Of a DNA stretch of 64,000 nt, positions 12,401 to 26,200 are shown piece by piece; position 1 is the first letter of the stretch; every line of letters starts with the position of its first letter. The DNA is taken from contig NC_042997.1 in assembly GCF_006345805.1 (NCBI RefSeq), positions 194,928,001-194,992,000 on the forward strand, read 5' to 3'. Below the pieces are notes generated by a model. That model had not been told where the DNA came from. It worked only from the letters and a program-made list of their open reading frames with translations, and searched no databases. Position numbers and translations under genes: made by a program. Source of the DNA: Octopus sinensis. Taxonomy: Eukaryota.

Positions 12401-15400
12401 CAAATCATCCAACCCATGCTAGCATGGAAAGCAGATGTTGAAGGATGATGATGATGATGGTCTTCGTTAGTTCCTTTCTCTTTCCCTAACCTTCTCCCTA
12501 AAGAACTAATCAAAGGGCAATATTTTTGTACCTTTACTCCAGCCACATCTTCCAAAGCCATACTTTACTCACACATCATGATAATATAGATCACCATGGT
12601 TGTACTGGGCCTTCTCAAAATCAAATCCAGGATAAGTCTTCCTTGAGGTACAAGGCAGAATGACTCCTGGTCTAGCAGTGCACTGGCTTACAGCTGGCAC
12701 AGTGGTTTCAACACTGAACATTGGTCACTGATATAGTAATTACCTTTGCAAGTCTTCACAACCTCTACAGGTATTAGTTCTATGACTTCCTTGAGTCAGG
12801 TACTTTCAGGTAGGAAACATGTTGCTTTGCACCTTGAGGAAACCAAAGAAACTCTTCTCAGACATCCCACATGGGATAACCAACTGTTGCCAATGCAATC
12901 ATCATGGAAAGTCTTTACACAAACCGACCACCCTAGATGTACCGAGATGCTTTATGTTTCAGCATATTTCTAGCAGAATTCAGAACTGTATCAGGTTCAA
13001 CCTGGCTGAATTGGGGCAGACTTTTGAATTAGTCATGCATTATCTTATAACTTTCAGATTTCGATGATGTGACCGTTTACTTTTAGAATGACATTGTAGG
13101 GTAGGTGTGAGAGGCCAGATTTGGCCAGTTGGAACATAAAACAGGTAGAATATTAGGGTCAGATATGGGTAGTTTTAAATGCTAAAGGGTTAAAGTATAT
13201 ATTTTAAAATTAACCAGACATCATAAAGAGAAAGCCTTACTTACCTCAACATCAGAAATGGCTGACTTGAGAACACAAGACCAGTTGACCAAACATTTTT
13301 TACGGTATATTAAGCCCTCGTCATGGAGTCGGATAAAAGCTTCGTTAACAGCTTTGGAGAGATTCTAAAATAAACCGAAGAAAAACATGTGAGAAGAGAA
13401 TTATATGAAAAGAAAAGTTATTGAAAAGGAGCAGTCATAGCTGTGTGGTTAAGAATCTCACTTTGCAATCACGTGGATTTGGGTTCAATCCCACTGTGTT
13501 GCCCCTTGGGCATGTGTCTTCTACTATAGTCCCTGGCTAACTAATGCCTTGTGAGTGAATTTGTTAGATAAAATCTACTGTGTGGAAGTCTTTCATCTCT
13601 TTCTCTCTCTCTCTATCTATCTGTATATCATCATCATCATTTAACATCCGGTTTCCATGCTGGCATGGGTTGGATGGTTTGACTGAGGTCTGGAAAGCCA
13701 GTGGCTGCACCAGGCTCCAATCTGATCTGGCAGAGTTTCTACAGCTGGATACCCTTCCTAACACTAACCACACTGAGAGTGTAGTGGGTGCTTTCTACAT
13801 CCCACTGGCACAGGAGCCAGTCAAGCAGGCCTGGCATCAATCATATTTGGATAGTGCTTTTTACGTGCCACCGGCATGGGGGCCAGTCAGGGGGTACTGG
13901 CATCAGCCACTTTCAGATGGTGCTTTTTATGTACCACCAGCACAGGAGCCAGTCAGGGGGCACTGGCCACAGCTACGATATTGGTTTTACTTGACTCATC
14001 ATGTCTTCTCAAGCATATCATATCGCCCGATTCTTATTTGGGCCAGACATGCGTGGCTGCAATCCCACTTTAGTTGCCGGATCTTCTCAGTCACAACATA
14101 TTTCCAAAGGTCCCGGTCGATGATGATGATGATGATGGTCTATGACTAAGTAATTTGTGAGAAGCTCTTACCTGATCCATTGTAAAAGATTGTCGCGTCC
14201 AGTCAAGTGAGGCTCCCAGTCGTTTCATTTGTTCATAAATCGCGTTTCCTTTTCTGCCACAGAAACAGTAAATATCAAAATCGATAATTGAAAAGATAAT
14301 GGAAATAACATTACGGTTTTGTATTTTATACAAAGTATATTGCATATCGTATTTATATGATATATTCTGTAATATATTATCATCAGTTAATGTCTGTCTT
14401 TGATACTGGCATGGGTTGGACATGAGATGACAAAGGACTGAGATTCCTATTTCTTTACTAACCACAAGGGGCTAAGCACAGAGAGGACAAACAAGGACAG
14501 ACAAACGGATGAAGTCGATCATATCGACCCCAGTGCATAACTGGTACTTATTTAATCGACCCCGAAAGGATGAAAGGCAAAGTCGACCTCGACTGAATTT
14601 GAACTCAGAAGGTAAAGACAGACAAAATACCTATTTCTTTACTACCCACAAGGGGCTAAACACAGAGAGGACAAACAAGGACAGACAAACGGATTAAATC
14701 GATCATATCGACCCTAGTGCATAACTGGTACTTATTTAATCGACCCCGAAAGGATGAAAGGCAAAGTTGACCTCGGTGGAATTTGAACTCAGAACGTAGC
14801 GGCAGACGAAATACTGCTAAGCATTTCGCCTGGCGTGCTAACGATTCTGCCAGCTCGCTGCCTTAAGGACTGAGATTCCTGGCACCTTGCTTGCTGTACT
14901 CAAGAAGACCCATCCTATGCAGCAGAAGTGTTAAGGCCGTATCCCCTGGTGAGGAGAATTGGCCTGCAAGAGTCCTTGTGCCAGTACCACACAAAAAGAA
15001 CTCGTGCCAGCATCACATAAAAGCACTCATGCCAGTGCCACGTTAAAAGCACCCAGCACACATTGTAAAGTGGTTGGCATTAGGAGGAAAGGCATCCAGC
15101 TGTAGAAACCAAAGCAAATCAAACTGGAAGCTGAAGCAGCTCTCCGGATTACAAGCTCTGGTCAAACTGTCCGACCCATGCCAGTATGGAAAACAGATGC
15201 TAAAGGATGATGATGATAGTGATATATATATCATCATCATTACCATGATCACCACCACCACCACCACTACCACCACCATCTCCACCCTTTAATGTCCATT
15301 TTCTATGTTGGCACAGGTTGGATGGTTTGACCGGAGCTGGCAAGCTCTGGTAATAGATATATCGGTAAAAGAGACCAATAGAATAAGTATCAATCTTAAA

Positions 15401-18400
15401 AAGAAGAAATATAAGTACTGGGGAGTTGATCCATTAGACCAGGGATTCTCAAACCTTTCCGGGCTGCCGCCCCCTTGACACACAGGCCACATTCCTAGCA
15501 CCCCCACTCCAACTAACATCGACTCCTTTCTGAAACAAATTCAAAGCAACTGTATTTCACAAATAAAAATTAACCTAATGAACCCATTATTTTGTTGTTT
15601 TTACCTGAATCATTCCCCCATTATTGCCCACTTTTTACAAGAATTGCTACCCCATTATCCCCACACTTTTCTTCAATGCCCCCAGTGGAGCAATACTGCC
15701 CACTTTGGGAACCACAGCATTAGACTATGGCCAGCATGGCCATAGGCTAATGACTGAAACAAGTAAAAATTTTTTAAAATATGACTACAGTACTGATTAA
15801 AAGACTTTCTGGTCAACAAGCTCTGTGCCATAAGTCTTTAGAAGCAGAGTTGACAGTTCAATAACAAAGTCACAATGTATTTCTTTTATAATTCAGTCTG
15901 TTCTTATACATTAGTATATAACTTAATATCCATTTCCAGGTTGGTAACGAAAGGGTTAAAGACCCAAACCTTTGTCTTTCTGCACTGATATCAGCAGTGT
16001 CAGACACCCTTGTCCAATGAGGTCAGAATTACTGATTAACATTAAAACAATTTCCTATCAAAATAAGGATTGTAAATTTAAAGAATTATTTACTCTGTTT
16101 TCCATTTCCATACTTCTTCAAGAAATTTTTCTCTGCCAAGATCATGTTTTGTGCAGCCCTTCTTCTGCCATAACCATTTCTCAATGATCACTTGAGTTGC
16201 AATGCCAGCATGGTCCAGTCCTGGGAGCCAGAGTACCTGGTGTCCTTGCATTCGGTTCCTGTAATTTAGAACAGAGGAATAGCTTATTTGTTTTACAAAT
16301 AACAATGCAACTCTTTGGAAAAATCTCTCTATATATAAAGCTGAAGTTGTCTGTGTATGGCAGGTTTGGTAGTTTTCAACTAACACTATCTCCTCCAAGA
16401 CCCCGCAGCGCAAGTTGACCAAAATTGAGAGTATGATAGAAAAAAGCTTGCTCTTCCTTCGATAGAAGAAAAAATTCAAATCAGACCATGTTAACACCAA
16501 AAATTATTTACATCAAAAAGGTGCTTTTTTTCTATGAAAATCCCTATTTTTTTACTGCTGTGTCGCCATTTTTCAGGCATTTCAACCAGGAAAATGTTCA
16601 CTTAAAGAGAATAACAAGCTATATAATGCAAAATTTTTACTTTTCAAAAATTCCAATTCTAAAGGGTTGAAATAAACCCGAGCAATGCCGGGCGATGCTG
16701 CTAGTATTGTATAAATAAATACTTTTCCATTATTTAATTGTAAAGCTATATAAGTGACGCAATGCAGGACATTCTCAGACAACTAAATAAACCTTTTTAT
16801 TATAAGCATGTGGCCTGAAATTTTGGGGAAGGAATTAATTGGTTATATTGACCCTAGTGTGGAACTAGTACTTATTTTATTGAGCCTTTTTATTTAAAGG
16901 CTCAAGGCCTGAAATTTTGGGTGGATGGATTAGTCAAGTATCTTGATCCCAGTGTTTCACTGGTACTTAATTTATCGATCCCAAAAGGCTGAAAGGCAAA
17001 GCCAACCTTGGTGGAATTTGAACTCAGAACATAAGGACAGATGAAGTGCCACTAAGCATTTTGTTTGCCATGTTGATGATTCGGCCAGCTTACTACCTTC
17101 AGACAACTAAATAATAAAAATATAAAAGTGTTTTGTAATTTGTTAGATATATAGAGAGACAGAGAGAGGAATAGGGCATTGATAGGTAAATACATGGAGG
17201 AGCAGCCAGAGAGGGATAGGACTTTGACAGAGAATCAGACTAAGAGAGTGGGAGTTGAGAGAGAGAGTCAGACAGATTGGGGTATCGATAGCTAGACAAA
17301 TAGGTGGAGCATTGATAACTAGATACAGAGAAAGGCAGCTAGATAGGGCATTGGTAGCCAGATGTAAAGAGAAAGATAGATATATGAGAGTGTTGATAGT
17401 CAGACAGATAACTGGGAATTTGATAGCTACATACATAGAGAAATAGATATATGAGAGAGATAGATAGCTGGAGCATTAATAGGCAGATATATTGAGAAGA
17501 CATACAGAGAGAGATGGGATATTGATAGCCAGATACAGAGAGGTGAGCATTGATAGTCAGAGAGAGGGGTAGAGAGAAAGAGAGAGAGACAGAGATAGAG
17601 CATTTATATTAGATACATGGACAAAGGCAGGTCGAGCAATTGATAACCAGATAAATAGAAAAATAAATAGAGAACTTGGGTATTGATAGCCAGATAAAGA
17701 TATTGTACAGTGACTTACCAACGGACTATAGCATCTTGAATGGAGCATGTCAAAGCATGACCAAGATGGAGTGAACCAGTCACATTAGGGGGTGGCAAAC
17801 AGATGACAAACCTTCTCTTCTTTACAGCATCCTGCAACAGTTCAGAAGAGCAACATAAGATTACAAATTCTGGGTTATACAAAAAGGAGTGGAAAAAATA
17901 TTTTAAAAGAATGGTAGACACAGGCATGGCTTTTGGGGTTAAGAAGCTTGATTCCCAACCATGTGGTCTTGGATTCACCTCCATTGCATTGTACTTTGGG
18001 CAAATGTCTTCTTTGATATAGTAGAATAGACCTTTGCTGACTTGACTTGACTTGACAGCATTCACCCGGGGTGGGTTGAGCTGGCTTCATTCATCCTCAA
18101 TGCCGCATCTCTCACAAACGCTGACCAAAATCCTCACAGCCGGCTTTGCCCCACCAGACAAAACACCCATTGTCCTCAATGGTGATATTCTTGAAGAGGT
18201 TGAGAGTTTCAAATACCTTGGCGCCATCATTACAGCTACAGTTCAAGGTGAGGCTGACATTAAAACACGAATCGACCTCGCTTGCCAAGCCTTCAACCGA
18301 CTCAGTGCACGACTCTGGTCAAGATCTGAGATCCGACGTACCACCAAAGTACGGATCTACCAAGCACTAGTGCGAACGATTCACCTTTATGGCAGCAAGT

Positions 18401-19395
18401 CAAGGCCAATGAGGGTGGAAGATATTAAGCGACGAGAATCCTTCGATCACCTCTGTCTACGCCGCATCCTTCGTGTCCGATGGCATCACTTTGTCTCTAG
18501 ACCTTTGCTGAGCCAAACCAAAAGCAATGTGGTGAGTGTATTTGGTAAGTAGAAACTGAAAGAAGCCCATTGCATGTATGTGTGTGTGTATACTTTAAAT
18601 GAGGAAAGTTTTATGCAATGGATGCATATCCTATTATATATTATGCAAACCTGAAATGCATGTATTAAAAGTATTCAAAATATCACTATTTGGCTTCACT
18701 TCATTATTACAACTTGGGCCTCACTGAGGCGAGGTGGCTGAGTTCCTTTCATGTGTTGGGCTTCACGGAGGAAATGACTAAGACCTTTAGCATTATGTCG
18801 TGCTTGAGAGGAAGACGACATCAAGCCGAGTGAAATCGCAATTGTGGCGGATACTGGTGTAACGTAAATGGCACTTGTGCTGGTGGCATGTAAAAGCACC
18901 CATTACATTCTCAGAGTGGTTGGTGTTAGGAAGGGCATCCAGCTGTAGAAAACCATGCCAAATCAGACTGGAGCCTGGTGCAGCCTTCTAGCATGCCGGC
19001 CTAGTCAAACTGTCCAACTCATGCCAGCATGGACAGCGGATGTTAAATGAGGATGATGATGATATATATACATATACATTTATATATATATTTATATACA
19101 TTTATGTAATTGCCAGTGCTGCTGGACTGGCTCCTGTGCAGGTGGCACATAAAAGTACCATTTGAGTGTGGCTGTTGCCAGTACCGCGTGACTGGCCCTC
19201 GTGCTGGTGGCATGTAAAAGAACCCACTACATGCTTGGAGTGGTTGGCATTAGGAAGGGCATCCAGCTGTAGAAACTCTGCCAGATCAAGATTGGAGCCT
19301 GGTGCAGCCATCTGGTTCGCCAGACCCTAGTCAAATCGTCCAACCCATGCTAGCATGGAAAGTGGACAATGATGATGATGATAATATATATATGC

Positions 19396-19426
<31 letters not shown>

Positions 19427-21291
19427 CAGACACACACACACACACACATATATATATACACATACATATATACACACACACACACGTGTATGTGTGTGTG
19501 TTTATTTTGATATCATCTGGTAGTTGCAAAATGAGTGTCACTGTCGTACAAGCAATGCCATCCATTTCTGATCTTGTATGAAAACGATGTATGGCTTTGG
19601 GAAAAATTAACTTTCTTCAAAGAAGCTGAAGATGGGTGACAGGAAGAATGTAAGGACATCTGGTTGTAGAAAAATCCACCTAAATGAATTGTGTGTGACG
19701 CATGCAATCATGGGAAAGTGAATGTTAAAATGATGAAAATGACACACACTTAACTGGCTTCTATATGCTTTCAGTCTACTAAGTCTACTTGCAAAGCTTT
19801 GGTTGTCCCGAGGCTATCACAGAAAACACTTGCTCAAAGTGCTGTACAGTGGGCCTGAACCTGAAACCACATGGTTGTCAAACAAACTCTTTAACCACAC
19901 AGCCAAAGAAGCTGTGAATTAAGAAGGAAAAGCTAGAAACCTGAATCGGCTGTGGTTGGTGAAAACCTTTCTCTTCCCACCATTTGTACCATACGGCTTC
20001 AACGTATTCTGGGTTGTAGGCTGGAGGAAGGGTACCAGTAATTTCTACAAAAAAAAAAAAAAAAAAATCAGAGAATCACGACTTGCTAGAAATAGCAGCA
20101 AAATTTTCTCTACGTCACATCATTGCTTAAAGCTTAGTGGTCATTTGTGAATATAATTTGGTAGCATGTACTGTGCTTTTCTTAACTGTTTTAGGTGTTT
20201 ATGTAAAAGCACATAAAGGCACCATCCGAATGTGGCCGATGCCAGCGCTGTCTTGACTGGCTTCTGTGCCGGTGGCACATGACCTGCTGTGCTTGAGGAG
20301 GCCTATTGAGTCAAGTACATCAACATCAAAATAGAAATCAAATGGAAATAGTAGTCGTGATACCTGTGCCAGTGGCACATAAAAAGCACCCACTACACTC
20401 ATGGAGTGGTTGGTGTTAGGAAGGGCATCCAGCTGTAGAAACACTGCCAGATCAGACTGGAGCCTGGTGCAGCCTCCTGGCTTCCCAGACCCCGGTCGAA
20501 CCGTCCAAATGTGCTAGCATGGAAAACGGATGTTAAACGATGATGATGATGTAGTTATGAATCAGGCACAGATAGCTTCTTGGCCCAACGGCCCTCAACC
20601 CAGTAGAATATGGAAGATGTGATAGTTGGAGAGAGAGAGAGTTGCACTAACAACTAGGTTGGTGTACATTTACAGCTGAGTAGACTGGGATAATGTGAAA
20701 CGAAGTGCCTTGCTTGAGGACATAGTACACTGCTCCACCTAGAGACTGAACCCATGACATTTTGATCATGAGCCCTATATTCAACCGCTAGGCCATATGC
20801 TTTCATACAAAATCACATTGTACTGTCTTAAATAAAAGAAAGAAAACATTGGATGTAGTCCAAGGTACACTGTGTCTGAAAAAAAAGACAGGATGGTCAC
20901 AACTGGAATAACCTTGATGGCAGGTGTATCAGGTGCTAAACAACAACTCCTCCTTTCATAGAAAATATTCAACCACTGGTTCATTCTCATTCTCTATCAT
21001 CTCTTTAGTGAAGGCACATGGCTTAGTGGTTAGGGTGTTGGACTCATGATTGTAATATTGTAGTTTCGATTCCTGGACTGGGTGATGCATTGTGTTCTTG
21101 AGCAAAACACTTCATTTCACGTCGGGGTGGCTGTGTGGTAAGTAGCTTGCTTACGAACCACATGGTTCCAGGTTCAGTCCCACTGTGTGGCACCTTGGGC
21201 AAGTGCCTTCTACTATAGCCTTGGGCCGACCAAAGCCTTGTGAGTGGATTTGGTAGACAGAAACTGAAAGAAGCCTATCGTATATATGTAC

Positions 21292-21327
<36 letters not shown>

Positions 21328-23236
21328 CTACACTCATGGAGTGGTTGGCGTTAGGAAGGGCATCCAGCTGTAGAAACACTGCCAGATCAGACCGGAGCCT
21401 GGTGCAGTCCCTGGCTTCCCAGACCCCGGTCGAACCGTCCAACCTGTGCTAGCGCGGAAAACGGACGTTAAACGATGATATATATATATATATATAGTAC
21501 ATGTGTATGTGTATATGTTTGAGTGTCTGTGTTTGTTGTCCCAACATTGCTTGACAACTGATGGCAGTGTGTTTATGTCCCCGTAACTTAGCGGTTCGGC
21601 AAAACAGACTGATAGAATAAGTACTAGGCTTACAAAGAATAAGTCCTGGAGTCGATTTGCTTGACTAAAGGCAGTGCTCCAGCATGGCCACAGTCAAATG
21701 ACTGAAACAAGTAAAAGAGTAAAGAGTTGTTCCAGTCTACTCAGCTGGCAAAAATGTGTAATCCTGCAATGGAGTGGCATCCTGTCCAGGGAGGAATATT
21801 TACACCAGAAAAACCAGGAAACTGGCCTCATGATCCTTAAGGGGCAATGTGTACTTCAGTACCTGCCATTAGGCACCGGTATGGCTATGTGTGATTGAGA
21901 AGCTTGCTTCCCAATCATGTGGTTTTGGATTCAGTGCCCCTGCATGACGCTTAGGGCAAATGTCTTCTATTATAGCCCCGAGTTCATACCTATACTGGTG
22001 TCAGGTAAAAAGCACCCAGTGCATTCTGTAAAGTGTTTGGTGTTAGGAAGGGCATCCAGATGTAGAAACCAAGCCAAAACAGACAATTGGAACCTGCCAG
22101 CTCCTGTCAAACTGTCCAACTCATACCAGCATGGAAAAGCAGATGCTGAATGATGGTGATAATGAAACTGAAAGAAGCCTGTCGCATATAAATATATAAA
22201 TGTGTGTGTATGTGCTTGTGAGTGTCCTGGTCTTGAAATCATCATCGTCATAGTTTAACGTCCGCTTTCCATGCTAGCATGGGTTGGACGATTTGACTGA
22301 GGACTGGCGAACCAGATGGCTGCACCAGACTCCAATCTTGATCTGGCAGAGTTTCTACAGCTGGATGCCCTTCCTAATGCCAACCACTCAGAGAGTGTAG
22401 TGGGTGCTTTTACATGCCACTGGCATGAGGGCCAGTCAGGCGGTACTGGCAACAGCCACGGAAAAATCGGGGTGTTTTTTTTGTTTTTTTACGTGTCACC
22501 GGCACACCGGCACAAGTGGCAGAAATCATGTGATTATTGTACATGACTGTCACTGTCATACAAAAAAATATTTTTAATTTCTATTTTTCCATGAAAAACA
22601 TCCACGGCCATGAAGAAATGTTACTTTGCTTGGAATCAGGTGAGTGTTGGTGACAGGAAGAGCATCTGGTCATAGAAAATCTGCCTCAAAAAATTTTGTC
22701 TGGCTCATACAAGCATGGAAAAGTGGATGTGATGATGATGATGATGATGAATAACAGTGAAGAGTGTATCCGAGACATACAGAGAAATGAGAGAAAACGT
22801 CCATATTAAAATCATCAAACCATAAACAAACACATAAAAAAAATGAGTACCTTTTTTTTGCCATGGAACTAAGCCCCTTGGACAGTCATTTGAATCCGAG
22901 TCATCTGTGGCCTGAAATTAAAAACTTAACATTGTATAAATCATATCACATCCAAGATACAGACTCACTGGTGATCTGTGTCCTCTCACTATCTTTTCTA
23001 CCACTACTGCTTTTGCAGATGGCTCATATTTATATCAGAAATTTCTTTAATATTTGTAGAGGCATGGTTTGGGTGGTCAGAAGTAACACTTCATTTCACA
23101 GAGTGGCTGTGTGGTAAGTAGCTTGCTTACGAACCGCATGGTTCTGGGTTCAGTCCTTGGGCCTTCTACTATAGCCTCGGGCCGACCAAAGCCTTGTGAG
23201 TGGATTTGGTAGACAGAAACTGAAAGAAGCCCGTTG

Positions 23237-23267
<31 letters not shown>

Positions 23268-26200
23268 ATATATGTTTGTGTGTCTGTGTTTGTTGCCCCA
23301 ACATTGCTTGACAACAAGAATCAAGAGTAAAAAAACAGAAACTGTTAGACAGGTGTTTGCCTGAAATGGTATCCTAGAAACAGGAGTAGTATAACTATGC
23401 CTGTGAATTTCCTGATAATTACATGAGTTTGTTCTATGCAACCAGATGACCAATAAAAAATTTCCTTGTGGGTCAATGCCAGTGCCACCTGATTGGTTCC
23501 CTGTGCCAGTGGCACACAAAAAGCATCATTCGAACATGGTTGATGCCAGTGCCCTGGCCTGATTGGCACCCGTGCCAGTAACACATAAAAAGCACCATCC
23601 GAACGTGGTCAATGCCAGTGGTGCCTGACTGATTCCTGTGCTGGTGGCACATAAAAAGCACCCACTACACTCTCATTAGGGTTGACGAAAGCAATGTGGT
23701 GGACAACGAAAAGCCTGGCTGATGACAGTCAAGGCTGATCTGGAACCCAAGCTAGGTCCCCATATCTACGGCATTCGCCGCTGGAATAAGGAGTGGTTGG
23801 AGATCACGTGGTCGTTGGCCTCAAATTGCCAGGCCTGGTTGGCATTTGTGAGAGATGCAGCATTGAGGATGAATGAAGCCAGCTCAACCCACCCCGGGGT
23901 GAATGCTGTCTCAAGACAAGACAAGACTACACTCTCAGAGTGGTTGGCATTAGGAAGGGCATCCAGCTGTAGAAACCTTGCCAGATCAGATTGGAGCCTG
24001 GTGCAGCGTACTGGCTTGCCAGTCCTAAGTCAAGCCGTCCAACCCATGCCAGCATGGAAAGCGGACGTTAAACGACGATGATGATGATGATCCTAAGGTG
24101 TTTGAGAGAAGCAACGCAAAGGAAGCAGCCTAGATGCTGCATCCTGACAATACACCTGTTCACACATCACTTTTTATCTGTGATTTTTCTTTTGGGCATA
24201 ATATGAAATTACTCTTGTCTACGCCCCAGTCACTCTACTGTCTGAGAACTTTTAAAAAATTTTGTTTTCAAGATTGAAATTCACCCTGAAAGGTAATTGA
24301 TTCCACATGAGAAAAGAAGAAAAAATCGCAATAAGAACTGTGCTTCACCCCTGAAAACTTGTTCCAGAACTGGAAAAATCCTTGGGAGTGATGTATCAAA
24401 AGTGTGGAAGACAAGTATGATTAGAATGTAAACAAAGCGCAGGAGTGGCTGTGTGGTAAGTAGCTTGCTTCCCAACCACATGGTTCAGGGTTCAGTCCCA
24501 CTGCGTGGCACTTTGGGCAAGTGTCTTCTACTATAGCCTCGGGCCGACCAAAGCCTTGTCAGAGGATTTGGTAGACGGAAACTGAAAGAAGCCCACCGTA
24601 TATATATGTATGTGTGTGTGTTTTTGTCCCCCCAACATCGCTTGACAACCGATGCTGGTGTGTTTACGTCCCCGTAACTTAGCGGTTCGGCAAAAGAGAC
24701 CGGTAGAATAAGTACTAGGCTTACAAAGAATAAGTCCTGGTATAGATTAGCTCGACTAAAGGCGTTGCTCCAGCACGGCTTCAGTCAAATGACTGAAACA
24801 AGTAAAAGAGTAAAGCAATGAAGTTTGGAATTTCTAATTGCTTTTAAATTCTCCTGAAATTCGAACACAGTTCATCCATTGGAGTCATCTCCGTAAATGA
24901 GTTTTTACCGCAGTGCGTAAAACTGGAAGCATTTTTATGGTGAACAAAATGCAGAATTTTTCCGCCAAGCTTTGAATGTTATTCTAGAATCTATTAATAA
25001 CGATTGTGATCGTTAAAGATTGCCGGCGATTACGGCCTCACAACGATGCCACGAGTGTCAAGTTCCATGTAATATAAATGAACTCTAGACAAGCAATGTT
25101 CAAACATAATACCCTAGGTTAGTACTTCTAAAGGTTTAACACAACTAATAAAACAAATAGCTTTAAACAAACACAACAAATAAAACAAAAGCAGAATGAA
25201 ATTGTAAAGACTGGAATTAGATATCGTAACCAGGTTACAAAATTAACTTGTTAGAGGCATAATCAAAACATGTTTCTCAATAGTGAGAGACTTTAAAAAA
25301 AATATGGCAATAAATCCTCTCAATTTACAATGTGGCTTCTTACGCATGGTATTAAAGATCTTTCAAACATTCTATTAGCCCTTACATGAAGCCTACATGT
25401 ATGTCTTCTTTACATACATACGTTAGTACCTGTTTCTTTACTACCCACAAGGTGCTAAACACAGAGAGGACAAACAAGGACAGACAAACGGACTAAGTCG
25501 ATTATATCGACCCCAGTGCGTAACTGGTACTTATTTAATCGACCCTGAAAAGATGAAAGGCAAAGTCGACCTCGGCGGAATTTGAACTCAGAACGTAGCG
25601 GCAGACGTACATAGGTTAATACCCTTTCGTCAATGCCCTTCGCTTTTCTCTCTGCAATGACATTTATTCAAATGTCATTATTATTAATCTTTATTCTGTC
25701 GGAGTTTTAATACAGAAATGTAATCGATAAATGATGTAAACAACTGAAATGCGTAATAAACTAGTCGAAGGTTTTGAATGGTACCCTTTGCCGAGAGTGA
25801 AGTGTACTGAAAAGAAAACTGACCCCAATTTAAATAAAACACGATGAACAGGTTGGTTCTTGCAACCAAGATTAGATTAGCTGTATTGCATTCGATGGTA
25901 ATAATTCTGATTCATTTTGTCCTAGCATGTAACTTCAGATGAAGTAAAATGATGACATGCATAGCTTTACCAAAGACGTTAGCGATGTCAGTGCAATGAT
26001 AACAAACTCGACATTGAAAGCAAGAGACTGCGGTTCGATTTATTTGCGGAAATTTGTAATTTCACCGTACATGCAAGACATAGATAATGGGGGTTTTTTT
26101 GTAAATGTTTTCTGAACCCGAGAAAAAGAATATAAATGTCCTTGAACCGAACTGTCAAAACATCATATTTATGTATGTGTAATAAATTTATGTTAAATAA

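Noticed and set aside
13580-14149. 189-aa ORF and many similar [11 protein letters not shown] / [22 protein letters not shown] ORFs
   Set aside because: Chance frames of the repeated RTE 3' UTR, not host genes.
25940-26020. Box C/D snoRNA candidate (ATGATGA) in VARS2 intron 1
   Set aside because: No properly placed CTGA D box or terminal stem; TGATGA is very common in this window.
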